Shown here: piece by piece, positions 36,318-46,112 of the stretch
Position numbering within the stretch: position 1 is the first letter of the stretch
How the letters are laid out: each line of letters begins with the position of its first letter
From: Gemmatimonadales bacterium
Lineage (GTDB): Bacteria > Gemmatimonadota > Gemmatimonadetes > Gemmatimonadales > GWC2-71-9
Length of the DNA: 64,000 nt
Assembly (NCBI GenBank): GCA_038321865.1
Contig: JBBQFH010000016.1
Span: 1-64,000, forward strand
Direction of reading: 5' to 3'
The notes under the pieces: generated by a model
What the model saw: the letters and a program-made list of their open reading frames with translations, nothing else
What the model was told of the DNA's origin: nothing
Databases searched by the model: none
Position numbers and translations under genes: made by a program

Positions 36318-37946
36318 TCAGGGGGCGGAGACCTCGGCGGTCACGGCCGGATCGGCCGCGTGCCAGTTGGCCACCAGTTTCCGGCGCGCATCCGTTGCAC
36401 CGGCCCGGTCACCGAGCGCGGTGCGCGAGCGAACCAGCCCCAGCAGCGACTCCGACCGATTGGGGCGAGCGGTGAGCGCGGCCTCGTACGCAGCTGCTGC
36501 CTCGCGCGGATGGCCGGCGGTGAGCAGCGCGGCCCCCAGCCGCTCCCCAACGGGCGGGTACCATGGCGGCCCGACCGGTGAAGAGGCGTTATCCAGCGGC
36601 GCCCACCGGGTCAGTAGATCGCTGGCCTTCGCGTGGTCGCCGCGCTGTGCGGCGGCGGCCGCCTCGAGCTGCCCGGTCAGAAACATGAGGGTCGGCCGCC
36701 GGTCGGAATCGGGGGGCAGCGCGTCGAGCAGCGTCCGCAGCTCGGCAATGCCCGGGAGCGATACACTCGTGTCCCCTCGCATCGCCGCCGCGTAGGCGGC
36801 CTGGAACGACGCGATGCGGGTGAAGGCGCGGTCGCGACCCGAGGCAGCCGCCGGCGCCGGTGCGGGGCGTCGCAGTGCCGCCGTCGTCTCCCAGCGGCCG
36901 GTCGCCGCGGCATATGCGAACGTCAATGATGCCACCGCGAACCGCATGTCGGGATCGCCGGAGACGTCGACACCCTTGAGCACGGCGGCCGCCGAGTCGA
37001 TCACCCCGCGCGCGGCCGCGTACCGCCCCTGCTCGAGGTAACCATACTGCAGCCATTCGAGGGCGTGAAAATCGAGTCCCGCCGGCGGATTGGGCAGCCG
37101 GGCCGCAGCCGCACGGGACGCGGCCCACGCCCGCTCGTTGGAGGTCACGACATCATCCCACTGTCCGACCTGAACGAAAATGTGTGACGGCATGTGCAAC
37201 GCGTGCTCGGCGTCCGGAGCGATCCTCGCGTATGCCCGGGCGAACTCCAGGCCACGCGCCGCCAGCGCGGGGTCGTCGTACGCGTGGATGAGGTAATGTG
37301 TGGCACCCGGATGCCGCGGATTGGCCCGATAGACGCGGGTCGCGAGCGCGATCGCCTCGTTGCGGAGAAGGGTGTCTCGTCCGGAGGAGGGCTCGGCGGC
37401 ATTGGCCGCCATCAGCATGGCGATGGACGCGAACGCGGCGGCTTCCGGGTCGGCCGGATACGCGCGGGCCACGACGCGCATGGAATCGGCATAGGCCAGG
37501 GCGCGCCGGCCGGTATTCGTATCCCCGTAGAATGCTTCGACCGCCGCCAGGTACGCGCGCTCACGCGGCGTCCGCGCCTTGGCGAGACGTTCCTCCGTGG
37601 TGGGTGCGAGCCGGGTGAGGACCGCCCGGGCCGCCGGCACGTCCTCCAGCCCCCAGAGCAGCTTCGAGTAGGTCAGCGCTTCGCCCCAGTATGCGAGCGC
37701 GAAACCGGGGTCGGCCCGCTGGGCCTCGCGGAACGCCTCCGCCGCGTCTTCATACTCGAAGCTGTGCAGGAGCGCGACGCCGCGGAGGAAGGGAGCCTGC
37801 GCGGTCGCCGCGCCCGAGTTGGCGAAGCTGACTGCGCCGAGTGCGCGGGCAGGGACTGCGTGCTGGTGGGACTGGGCGGCCGCCGGCATCGCCAGGGTGA
37901 CGGCGGCCATCATGACGAGGATTGGACCACGCATGGGCGACCTCAT
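36318..37946 (-). CDS. Secreted TPR-repeat protein
   Basis: Signal peptide; FLRGVALLHSFEY, HPGATHYLIHAYD, HALHMPSHIF motifs; start 37946 or 37934. Confidence 0.85.
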   Translation of the reverse strand: MRSPMRGPILVMMAAVTLAMPAAAQSHQHAVPARALGAVSFANSGAATAQAPFLRGVALLHSFEYEDAAEAFREAQRADPGFALAYWGEALTYSKLLWGLEDVPAARAVLTRLAPTTEERLAKARTPRERAYLAAVEAFYGDTNTGRRALAYADSMRVVARAYPADPEAAAFASIAMLMAANAAEPSSGRDTLLRNEAIALATRVYRANPRHPGATHYLIHAYDDPALAARGLEFARAYARIAPDAEHALHMPSHIFVQVGQWDDVVTSNERAWAASRAAAARLPNPPAGLDFHALEWLQYGYLEQGRYAAARGVIDSAAAVLKGVDVSGDPDMRFAVASLTFAYAAATGRWETTAALRRPAPAPAAASGRDRAFTRIASFQAAYAAAMRGDTSVSLPGIAELRTLLDALPPDSDRRPTLMFLTGQLEAAAAAQRGDHAKASDLLTRWAPLDNASSPVGPPWYPPVGERLGAALLTAGHPREAAAAYEAALTARPNRSESLLGLVRSRTALGDRAGATDARRKLVANWHAADPAVTAEVSAP

Positions 37947-37963
37947 TGACGCGCGCGAGGAAG

Positions 37964-39631
37964 TCAGGGCACCGAATCTCGGGCCAGGCGCCGGGCCGGA
38001 TCGATGGTCCACGTTGGCAGCGTCGCCAGCCAGGAGAATGGATCGATCGTCACGTTCCGCAGCCGCCGGTGGACTGCCGCAGTATTGGTCAGCGCGTACA
38101 GGAAGATGGCCGGGGCGTCGGCATTGATTGTATCCATCGCCTCCCGGTACAATGCCGCACCCCCCGCGCGGCCCGGCTCCCGGGCCGCGCGGGCGAGCAG
38201 CGAATCGAACGTCACATTGCCATAGTGCCCGTAGTTGAGCGCGCCCCAACCGGACCGCGTCCACTGATCCACCAGTCCGCGCGCGCTGGGTTCGTCGAGA
38301 TAGGCGCCGATATATGAATCGAACCGTCCCCCGGTCAGTCGCTCCTGGAATACCGGGCCGTCGACCGCGGTGACAGTCACGTCCGCACCCAGCCGGCGCC
38401 ACGCCTCCTGCAGCGCGATCGCGAGGTTCCGCCGCGTGGAGCTGGTGGCCGGCACCATGATGTCGAACCGGAGCGCGCGCCCGCCGTGGACGCGCACGCC
38501 GCTTCCCGCCGGCCGGACCCACCCGGCGGAATCGAGCACACGGGCCGCCGCGGCGGTATCGAAGGCGATGCCACGGATGCTGTCGCTCCCGATCCAGAGC
38601 AGCTGCGACATCGGGCCGTTGACGATGCGAGTCGTCGGACCCAGGATGGAGCGCGCCAGGCCCGCGCGATCGGCCGCCATGGCGAGCGCGCGGCGCACGG
38701 ACAGGTCTCCGAGCACCGGATGGGGCATGGCCGACGAGTCGGCCATTCGGAAGGCCAGGAAGCCGAACACCGCCGCCGGATATGCCTGGACGCGGTACGC
38801 AGTGTCAGCGGCGACCCGGCCCACGCGGTCCGGCGCGCCGACCTGTTCGAGGATGTCGGCTTCATGCGCGAGGATAAGGTTCAGCGTCGCGTCGGGATCG
38901 GGCGCGAAGCGCCAGACGACGCGGCGGATCGCCGGCCGGGCCGGTGCGGCGGTGTCGGCCACCAGCGTGAGCGACTGCTCGTGCCGCCAGCTTTGCAGGC
39001 GGTAGGGCCCCGAGCCGACGAGATGCGCCAGCGTTGTGTCCGCCGCCCAGGCCGCACGCGGCACCGGGCCCCACACGTGACGGGGCAGAATCCGGACGTG
39101 ATAGGTGGCGTCGTAGAATTGTTCGGCAGAGGGCTCGGCAAACTGCAGCCGCACGGTCGCCGAGTCCTCCGCCACCGCCGCGATCCGGCCGGCGATGTAG
39201 GGACGCGCGGCGGCGTCGAGCGCCGAGTCGGCGTAGGCGTCGAACGAGAACACGACGTCGTCCGCCGTGACCGGTACTCCGTCATGCCACCGCGCACCGG
39301 GACGCAGGTGGAATCGCCACGTCACAGAATCCACCCGCTCCCAGCGCGCTGCCAGGCGGGGCCGGAATGCACTGCTGTCGACCGGGGCGCCCCCCGGCGC
39401 CAGATCCGCCAGCCGTTCGTAGATCAGGTCGCCGATGTCGCGTCCAAGCGTTTCATTCGCGAGCGGGGGAAGGATTGCGGCTGGCTCGCCGGTCGCGGCA
39501 ATGACGATCGTTCCGCAGTCGGCGCAATTGGATCCTCGGCCGGCCTCACCGCCGATGCAGCCGGGCAGAGCGGCCAGGAGTGGAAGCAGCAGGGTGGTCA
39601 GAATGTTTGGCGGGATGCGTCGCACGTGCAC
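37964..39631 (-). CDS. Peptide ABC transporter substrate-binding lipoprotein (family 5)
   Basis: Lipobox LPGC; WHDGVPVTADDVVFSF, GSGPYRL, VRRALAMA. Confidence 0.88.
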   Translation of the reverse strand: MHVRRIPPNILTTLLLPLLAALPGCIGGEAGRGSNCADCGTIVIAATGEPAAILPPLANETLGRDIGDLIYERLADLAPGGAPVDSSAFRPRLAARWERVDSVTWRFHLRPGARWHDGVPVTADDVVFSFDAYADSALDAAARPYIAGRIAAVAEDSATVRLQFAEPSAEQFYDATYHVRILPRHVWGPVPRAAWAADTTLAHLVGSGPYRLQSWRHEQSLTLVADTAAPARPAIRRVVWRFAPDPDATLNLILAHEADILEQVGAPDRVGRVAADTAYRVQAYPAAVFGFLAFRMADSSAMPHPVLGDLSVRRALAMAADRAGLARSILGPTTRIVNGPMSQLLWIGSDSIRGIAFDTAAAARVLDSAGWVRPAGSGVRVHGGRALRFDIMVPATSSTRRNLAIALQEAWRRLGADVTVTAVDGPVFQERLTGGRFDSYIGAYLDEPSARGLVDQWTRSGWGALNYGHYGNVTFDSLLARAAREPGRAGGAALYREAMDTINADAPAIFLYALTNTAAVHRRLRNVTIDPFSWLATLPTWTIDPARRLARDSVP

Positions 39632-39863
39632 CTCGGGATTCGGGCGGAACTCCGGCTTCGGCGAATCAGGTCGGGTGCAATTGACCGAGCCCGCTTGATA
39701 ATGTAAGGCGCTGCGGCGGGCCCGGCAGGATGGACTTCCCGAGTGCGGCCTGCAACGAGGGAATACACCTGTGGCGTGCCCCCGCGCCGAGCCCGCGCTG
39801 GACGAACCCGTCGGAGCTACGCTAAGATTTTGTCCATACGTTAGTTAGGCCAAACAGCCAGCA

Positions 39864-39878
39864 TGGTATCCCCCTTGC
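39864..39878 (+). promoter_or_regulatory. sigma54 (-24/-12) promoter
   Basis: TGGTAT-CCCCC-TTGC (GG-N10-GC), 34 nt before the ATG at 39913. Confidence 0.65.
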
Positions 39879-39912
39879 CACGATACCGATACCCAACAGA
39901 ATTGGAAGCGCC

Positions 39913-40557
39913 ATGATCTTTCCTTCATTCCGTATCGCCCCCCGGACATTCGTCCTCGCGTTCCTCGCGGCGATCGCCGGGGCCGCCTGTTCCAGTGATC
40001 TCACGCTCTCGTCACCGCTCGGCCCGGGGCAGGAGACCGAGGCCATGCTCGCCGTCCTCTCGGTCGCGCCGGATTCTCCGCCTCCCGAGGCGGCGATCCT
40101 GTCGTTCGTGGCGCAAAAGGGGCGGTCGACTGATGGGCGCGTCTATCTCACCGATGGCCACGGGCACCGCGGGGCGGAATTCCTGCGATTCACGGTGGGC
40201 CGGAACTCGCTCCTCGCTCGTCCCGACGGCCGGGCGTTCGCCAATGGCGACACGATCACTATCACGATTCGGGTGATCGACCCGGCCCGCATCCTGTTCG
40301 AGATGCAGCCCGCCGGCCTCACCTTCAGCCCCGCGGACCCGGCGGAGCTCCGGATCCGGTACCAGGCGGCGGGTGACGATCTTGATCGCAACGGCCGCCA
40401 CGACGTGGAGGATGACTCGCTGGAGACGCATCTCGGCATCTGGCGCCAGGCAATTCCGGGAGCGCCTTTCGTGCGGTTGCCCTCCTCGGTCTCGCATGCG
40501 CATCGGGATATCCGGACGGACGTCACCGAATTCAGCCGCTATGCGATCGCGTACTAA
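39913..40557 (+). CDS. Lipoprotein A (ZU5-like beta-sandwich, paralog of 44450..45076)
   Basis: Lipobox GAAC; PAGLTFS...PAELRIRY, DLDRNGRHD, C-terminal FSRYAIAY. Confidence 0.75.
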   Translation: MIFPSFRIAPRTFVLAFLAAIAGAACSSDLTLSSPLGPGQETEAMLAVLSVAPDSPPPEAAILSFVAQKGRSTDGRVYLTDGHGHRGAEFLRFTVGRNSLLARPDGRAFANGDTITITIRVIDPARILFEMQPAGLTFSPADPAELRIRYQAAGDDLDRNGRHDVEDDSLETHLGIWRQAIPGAPFVRLPSSVSHAHRDIRTDVTEFSRYAIAY

Positions 40558-40560
40558 CGC

Positions 40561-41460
40561 ATGACCGACCCGCGCGACGCCTCGATCGACGACGACCTGC
40601 GGGCGGCGGCAGCGGCGACGCGGGCCGCCGACCTCGGTCGCGGATTCGCGCTGGCGCGGCAGGCACTGAATCGGTGCATGGGCTCCGCGGACACCGAGGG
40701 CGAGATGCGCGCGTCCAACCTTCTCGGTGCGATCGCCTTCGAGCGGGGCGATCTCGACGAGGCGGACGGAGCGTTCACGCGCGCGCTGGCCCTGGCACAG
40801 CAGATCAACGATACGCTGATGGCCGCCCGGGCTTCCAACAACCTCGCGTCGGTGGCGCACCTGCGGGGACGGCCCGAGGTCGCGGCCAGCCTCTACCGCC
40901 GCGCGCTCCTGTCCTATCAGCGACTGGGCGACCGCCGTGGCGCTGCCGAGACCTGGCACAACCTCGGCCTCTCGTTCCGCCAGATGGGCGACCTGCACGA
41001 GGCCGAGGCCGCCGCACTCGAAGCCGTGCGGCATGCGGAGCTCACCGACGATCCGGGTATCCTCGCGCTCGCCACGCTCGGCCGGGCCGAAGTGCGTGTG
41101 GAGCGCCGAGACTTCGAGGTCGCGGAGCGTGAGATCACCCGTGCATCGGGGCTGTTCGAGCAGGCGTCGGATCCGATCGGCGCGGCCGAGACCCGGAGGC
41201 TCCGTGCGCTGCTGGCACTCTACCGCCAGGACTTCGCGCTGGCGCGGGAAGAGGCCCAGGCGGCGCAGCTCGCAGGCGAGCAGCATGAGAGCGCGCTGGT
41301 CGCGGCCGAAGCGGCCTCACTCTGCGCCCTCGCATGCCGGGGTCTGGGTCAGCACGAGGAAGCCGCACGCCATCGGGGGACCGCCGAGGCCTGTTTCAAC
41401 CGGCTGGGCGCCGGCGCGCTCCTCCGCCGCCTGGAAGACGCCTGGGCCGCCTCGCTGTAG
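40561..41460 (+). CDS. TPR protein A
   Basis: NLLGAIAFERG, SNNLASVAHLRG, TWHNLG repeats. Confidence 0.85.
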   Translation: MTDPRDASIDDDLRAAAAATRAADLGRGFALARQALNRCMGSADTEGEMRASNLLGAIAFERGDLDEADGAFTRALALAQQINDTLMAARASNNLASVAHLRGRPEVAASLYRRALLSYQRLGDRRGAAETWHNLGLSFRQMGDLHEAEAAALEAVRHAELTDDPGILALATLGRAEVRVERRDFEVAEREITRASGLFEQASDPIGAAETRRLRALLALYRQDFALAREEAQAAQLAGEQHESALVAAEAASLCALACRGLGQHEEAARHRGTAEACFNRLGAGALLRRLEDAWAASL

Positions 41461-41573
41461 CCTGCCGTTACACCCTCCTGCCCGGCCCTGCAACAGTGTG
41501 ATATACGTCATGGACCCTTCCGGGCCCGGGCACTAGCGTATCCTGGTTCGGCTACTGTCCACCGGGAGGCATA

Positions 41574-42944
41574 TTGGCTTCAGTGCTGGCGCCGCCCTCA
41601 GACGCATCGGCGCATTCGGCAGCAGTGCTCGCCGCGGTTCGGATCGGCGACGACGCCTTCGGTCCGATGGTGTCGGAGATCGCCGCGGCCTGCGGTCTCG
41701 ACGTGGTCGAGTGGCGGCCCTTCGAGTCGGAGCGGTTGCCGCTGACGCCTGCGGTGGTGATTCTCGCGCCCGCGCACGAGCGGGAGGCGCTGGAGATGCT
41801 CGCCGACCTGCCGCCGCTGCCGGTGCCCGTCTTCGTGCTCGGTGCGGCGGCCGATCACCGCTTTGCGGTGGCCGCGATGCGCCGAGGTGCGCGAGATTAC
41901 TTCGTGCTGCCGGGTGACCTGGATCTGTTGTGCCGCGCGCTCGAGCGCGAGGCCGGGCAGGAGCAGATCCACTCGGACGCGCTCGCCTTTGCGGCCGGCG
42001 AACGTGACTCGGCGGGTTTCGGTTCGATGCTCGGCCGCAGCACGGCGCTGACCGTCGCGCTCGAGCACGCGGCCCGGGTCGCGCCGCGCGGCGATGTCAC
42101 GGTGCTCATCCGCGGAGAGACCGGCACCGGCAAGGAGCTGCTGGCGCGCGCGATTCACTATCACAGCCCGCGTGCGGAAGCGCCGTTCGTCGAGGTGAAC
42201 TGCGCGGCGATCCCGGGGCCCCTCCTCGAGAGCGAGCTCTTCGGCCACGAGAAAGGCTCGTTCACCGGGGCAATCGCGAGCAAGGCGGGCCTGTTCGAGA
42301 TGGCGCACGGCGGGACCATCTTCCTCGATGAGATCGGCAACCTCCCGATCGACCTGCAGCCGAAGCTGCTGCGCGCGCTGGAGAGCCACGCCGTTCGCCG
42401 GGTCGGCGGCAGCGCCGAGCGCGAGATCGACGTGCGCGTCATCGGCGCGACGCACGTGGACCTCTCCGGCGCGGTGGCGCGGGGGGAATTCCGCGAGGAC
42501 CTGTACTATCGGCTGAACGTGGTGCCGCTGACGCTTCCGCCGCTTCGCTATCGCGACGGCGACGTGGAGCTGCTGGCCGACTACTTCGCCACCCGGCTGG
42601 CCGAACGCTACGGGCTCCCGGTTCCCGTGATCGACGCGGACGTGCGCGCCCGGCTTCGCGCCCACCACTGGCCCGGCAACGTGCGCGAGCTTCGAAACGT
42701 CATCGAGCGCGCGCTCATTCTGTCTCCCCCGGGCCAGCTCCGGTCCGAGGAGGTGCTCGCCGACGACGAAACCTCGCTGGAGCGCGGGATGCTTCCCTTC
42801 CCGACCGACCTCGCGACGCTCTCGCGCACCGCGGCCCGGGCCATGGTCGAGCTGAGCGGCGGCAACAAGAGCGAGGCCGCGCGCCGCCTCGGGATATCGC
42901 GGCCGCGGCTCCAGCGCCTGCTCTATGCCGTGACCTCCCCCTAG
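41574..42944 (+). CDS. sigma54-dependent activator A (pseudo-receiver, AAA+, Fis HTH)
   Basis: GETGTGKE, ESELFGHEKGSFTGA, FLDEI, WPGNVREL, GNKSEAARRLGISR. Confidence 0.92.
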   Translation: MASVLAPPSDASAHSAAVLAAVRIGDDAFGPMVSEIAAACGLDVVEWRPFESERLPLTPAVVILAPAHEREALEMLADLPPLPVPVFVLGAAADHRFAVAAMRRGARDYFVLPGDLDLLCRALEREAGQEQIHSDALAFAAGERDSAGFGSMLGRSTALTVALEHAARVAPRGDVTVLIRGETGTGKELLARAIHYHSPRAEAPFVEVNCAAIPGPLLESELFGHEKGSFTGAIASKAGLFEMAHGGTIFLDEIGNLPIDLQPKLLRALESHAVRRVGGSAEREIDVRVIGATHVDLSGAVARGEFREDLYYRLNVVPLTLPPLRYRDGDVELLADYFATRLAERYGLPVPVIDADVRARLRAHHWPGNVRELRNVIERALILSPPGQLRSEEVLADDETSLERGMLPFPTDLATLSRTAARAMVELSGGNKSEAARRLGISRPRLQRLLYAVTSP

Positions 42945-43060
42945 CGGCGCCGCGCACCAAAGCATTACGATACGCAAAGAATCGTTACGGCGACCCGCTC
43001 AACGGATCGCCGCTCGCGTTTGATGTGCTTCTATTACATAAGGTTACCGAAGGCATCCCG

Positions 43061-43075
43061 TGGCCCTGACCTTGC
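43061..43075 (+). promoter_or_regulatory. sigma54-like (-24/-12) element before activator B
   Basis: TGGCCC-TGACC-TTGC; only 7 nt before the likely GTG, closer than usual. Confidence 0.4.
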
Positions 43076-43082
43076 CCAACCC

Positions 43083-44426
43083 GTGACTGCGACCAGTTGG
43101 CGGATCGCGGTCGTCACTCTCTCGGACAGCTTTGCGACCGCCGTTCGCGAGCTCTGCGCATCCCTGGGCGCCGAGCCGATTCCGTGGACCCCGGGCCGGC
43201 CCGAGCCGGTGCCGGCCGGCGCCGCGTTGATCGTGGTCCTTGCCGGCGGAAGCGAAGCCGAAGCCCCGGATCTCGTGGCCGAGCTTCCGGCGACAGGGTT
43301 GCCGGTCGTCGTCATCGGCTCGCTGGCGGACCACCGCATGACCGCGACGCTGCTGCAGCACGGCGCGCGCGACTACTTCGTACTGCCAGGCGAGATCGAG
43401 CTTCTGCGGCGCTCGCTCGAGCGGCAGCAGCGCGAGATCGCCGGGCTCGCCGAGGCGGAACGGTTTGCGAATGGCGAGCGGCTCTCGTCGGGGTTCGGTG
43501 CGATTCTCGGCCGAAGTGCCACGCTGCGGGATACGCTCGATCAGGCGGCCCGCGTGGCGGCACATGACGTCACGGTGCTGATCCAGGGAGAGACCGGCAC
43601 CGGCAAGGAGCTGCTGGCCCGGGCGATCCACTACAACAGCCCGCGAGCCGCACGTCCGTTCGTCGAAATCAACTGCGCGGCGATCCCGGCCGCCCTCCTG
43701 GAGAGTGAGCTGTTTGGCCACGAGAAGGGTTCGTTCACCGGCGCAACGGCGGCAAAGCCGGGGCTGTTCGAACTGGGCGAAGGCGGCACCCTGTTCCTGG
43801 ATGAGCTGGCCAGCCTGCCGATCGAGCTCCAGCCCAAGCTGCTTCGGGCCATCGAGAGCCGGACGATCCGGCGGGTGGGAGGGCTGGCCGGACGGCAGAT
43901 GGATGTGCGAATCGTCGCGGCGACGCACGTGGACCTGGCCGCCGCGGTGCGCCGCGGCGAGTTCCGTGAGGACCTCTACTACCGGCTCAACGTCGTGATG
44001 CTGACGCTGCCGCCGTTGCGGGACCGGATGGACGACGCCGAGCTGCTGGCCGAGACGTTTGTCCAGCGAATCGCGGCCGCGTACCGGCTGCCGGTGCCGG
44101 TGCTGGAGCCCGAGGTGCGTCAGGCGCTCCGAGCGCACGACTGGCCCGGCAACGTGCGGGAGCTGCGGAACGCGATCGAGCGCGCCCTCGTGCTGTCGCC
44201 GCCTGGCAGCCTTCGAGTGGAGGAGATGCGGACTCGACGGGCGCCCGCGACGGCCCCGGCGGGCGGACTGACATTCCCGACGGATCTCCGCAGCCTGATC
44301 GCGGCGGCGGCGCGCGCCATGCTCGAGCTCACCGGCGGAAACAAGACCGAGGCCGCGCGCCGGCTCGGCATCTCACGCCCGAGGCTGCATCGGCTGCTCG
44401 GCGGCAGTTTAGATGACACGGAATGA
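43083..44426 (+). CDS. sigma54-dependent activator B (pseudo-receiver, AAA+, Fis HTH)
   Basis: Paralog of activator A with the same motifs; start uncertain (GTG 43083 preferred over 43020). Confidence 0.9.
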   Translation: MTATSWRIAVVTLSDSFATAVRELCASLGAEPIPWTPGRPEPVPAGAALIVVLAGGSEAEAPDLVAELPATGLPVVVIGSLADHRMTATLLQHGARDYFVLPGEIELLRRSLERQQREIAGLAEAERFANGERLSSGFGAILGRSATLRDTLDQAARVAAHDVTVLIQGETGTGKELLARAIHYNSPRAARPFVEINCAAIPAALLESELFGHEKGSFTGATAAKPGLFELGEGGTLFLDELASLPIELQPKLLRAIESRTIRRVGGLAGRQMDVRIVAATHVDLAAAVRRGEFREDLYYRLNVVMLTLPPLRDRMDDAELLAETFVQRIAAAYRLPVPVLEPEVRQALRAHDWPGNVRELRNAIERALVLSPPGSLRVEEMRTRRAPATAPAGGLTFPTDLRSLIAAAARAMLELTGGNKTEAARRLGISRPRLHRLLGGSLDDTE

Positions 44427-44449
44427 TCACTTCAGCAGGGAGATTCGAC

Positions 44450-45076
44450 ATGCGCAGTGTCTACCGCTCGGGGCTCGGCATCGCCATCGCGCTCGGGATC
44501 TGGGCGTGCTCGGACTCGGCCGGCCCGGCGGACACATCGTCTCCCGGTGACATGCGGCCGCCGGCGAGCCTCAACATCGTCCGCCACTCGGGCATCGCGC
44601 CGAACGTGGACACCGCTGTCAGTTTTTACGCGGTTCGGGGGAGCGGGCGCGAGGCATCGCTCTTCTACCGCACCGCGTCCGGGGACCGGGGAGAAGAGTT
44701 CGTTCGGCTCAAGCTCGATCAGGCTTCCCTGCTGGCCCGCCCGGACGGCACCCCGGTTGCCCAGGGCGATTCGGTCCTGATCACGATGCGCGTGGTGGAT
44801 CCCGCCCTGCTCCTCGTCGAGTTCGCACCCGCCGGCCTGCAGTTTTCGCCGGCCCAGCCGGCCGAGCTCGAGATGCGCTACCTGGAGGCCGACAGCGACT
44901 TCAACGAGGACGGCCACCACGACTCGACCGACAACGCCATCGAAGGCGCGCTGGGCATCTGGAGGCAGGAGACGCCGAGCCAGCCGTTTGTCCGTCTCAG
45001 CTCGGCACTCACGACCGCCGACAGGTCCGTGCGATCCAGCATCACGGGCTTCACGCGGTACGCGCTGGCCTACTGA
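44450..45076 (+). CDS. Lipoprotein B (paralog of lipoprotein A)
   Basis: GGGGAG RBS before ATG 44450; lipobox IWAC; SLLARPDG, PAGLQFS, DFNEDGHHD, FTRYALAY. Confidence 0.75.
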   Translation: MRSVYRSGLGIAIALGIWACSDSAGPADTSSPGDMRPPASLNIVRHSGIAPNVDTAVSFYAVRGSGREASLFYRTASGDRGEEFVRLKLDQASLLARPDGTPVAQGDSVLITMRVVDPALLLVEFAPAGLQFSPAQPAELEMRYLEADSDFNEDGHHDSTDNAIEGALGIWRQETPSQPFVRLSSALTTADRSVRSSITGFTRYALAY

Positions 45077-45078
45077 CG

Positions 45079-46092
45079 ATGCTCGATCGCAATGCCCCTC
45101 TGGACGACGCCGCCGCGCACGTAGCCGCGCTGCGCGCGCTGGTGGAGGACGGGCGGCTGCCGGATGCGCTGGAGTACTTCGGGCGCGCCCGGACAAAGCG
45201 GTTGGCGGCACCGGAACTGCTGCTCCTGGGCGCCACCGTCGCCACCCGCCTCGGCCGGCTGGTCGAGGCGGAGCCCGCGGCGCAGGAGGCGCTGGCGCTG
45301 TTCCATGCCCGGGGGGATCCCGACGGCCGCATGCGGGCGCTCAACCTGCTGGGCGTCATTCGATTCGAGCGCGGCGGTCCGGCCGAGGCGGAGAGCGCCT
45401 TCAACGAGGCGCTCACGCTGGCGCGGCGGCTGCACGACACGCTCATGGCCGCACGCGCCTCGAACAACCTCGCGTCGGTCGCACACCTTCGGGGCGACCC
45501 GTACGTAGCGCTCGCACTCTATCGCCAGGTGCTGCTCGACTACCTGCGGCTCGGCAACCGGCGTGGCGCCGCGGAGACCTATCACAATCTGGGGATCGTG
45601 CACCGGCACCTGGGAGAATGGGCGGAGGCGGATGCCGCTGTGGATCAGGCGACCCGGCACGCCGAAGTCTCCGGTGACCAGGCGATGATGGCCATCGCGG
45701 TGAGCGGCCGCGCGGAAACCGCCATCGAACGCGGCGACCTCGACATGGCCTGGCGGGAGATCGAGCTGGCATCGCGGTTGGCGGACGAGGTGGGCGATCA
45801 GGCGGGCGCCGCGCAGGTGCTGCTGCTCCGGAGCGCGGCGGCGCTCAGGGCGGGCGACTACGCAGCCGCGCTGGCGGGAGCCGACGCCGCCGCCACGGCC
45901 GCCGGCACCCTGGAGATTCCTCTCATGGAGGCCGAAGCGGCCGCCGTCGGGGCCCAGGCGGCACTGGCGCTGGGTGACAGCGGGGACGCCGAGAGACGGC
46001 GCCGTGCCGCAGCCGACGGATTCAGCCGGCTCGGCGCAGCCGCGTTTCTCGAGCGGTTTGCCGTGCAGTATCGCGAACGGGTCAAATCGTGA
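45079..46092 (+). CDS. TPR protein B (paralog of TPR A)
   Basis: Shares DTLMAARASNNLASVAHLRG exactly with TPR A. Confidence 0.85.
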   Translation: MLDRNAPLDDAAAHVAALRALVEDGRLPDALEYFGRARTKRLAAPELLLLGATVATRLGRLVEAEPAAQEALALFHARGDPDGRMRALNLLGVIRFERGGPAEAESAFNEALTLARRLHDTLMAARASNNLASVAHLRGDPYVALALYRQVLLDYLRLGNRRGAAETYHNLGIVHRHLGEWAEADAAVDQATRHAEVSGDQAMMAIAVSGRAETAIERGDLDMAWREIELASRLADEVGDQAGAAQVLLLRSAAALRAGDYAAALAGADAAATAAGTLEIPLMEAEAAAVGAQAALALGDSGDAERRRRAAADGFSRLGAAAFLERFAVQYRERVKS

Positions 46093-46112
46093 ACTAGCCG
46101 GTCGCCTCGCGG

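Noticed and set aside
6410..37946. Apparent fusion ORFs in the track (6410..8011, 10066..11895, 27317..29077, 33609..35075, 36318..38522)
   Set aside because: The N-terminal extensions are out-of-frame overlaps with neighbouring genes; the true starts are internal.
39632..39860. Possible ncRNA or riboswitch in the long intergenic region
   Set aside because: Only short generic hairpins and no family motif I can recognise; divergent promoters and enhancer space explain the length.
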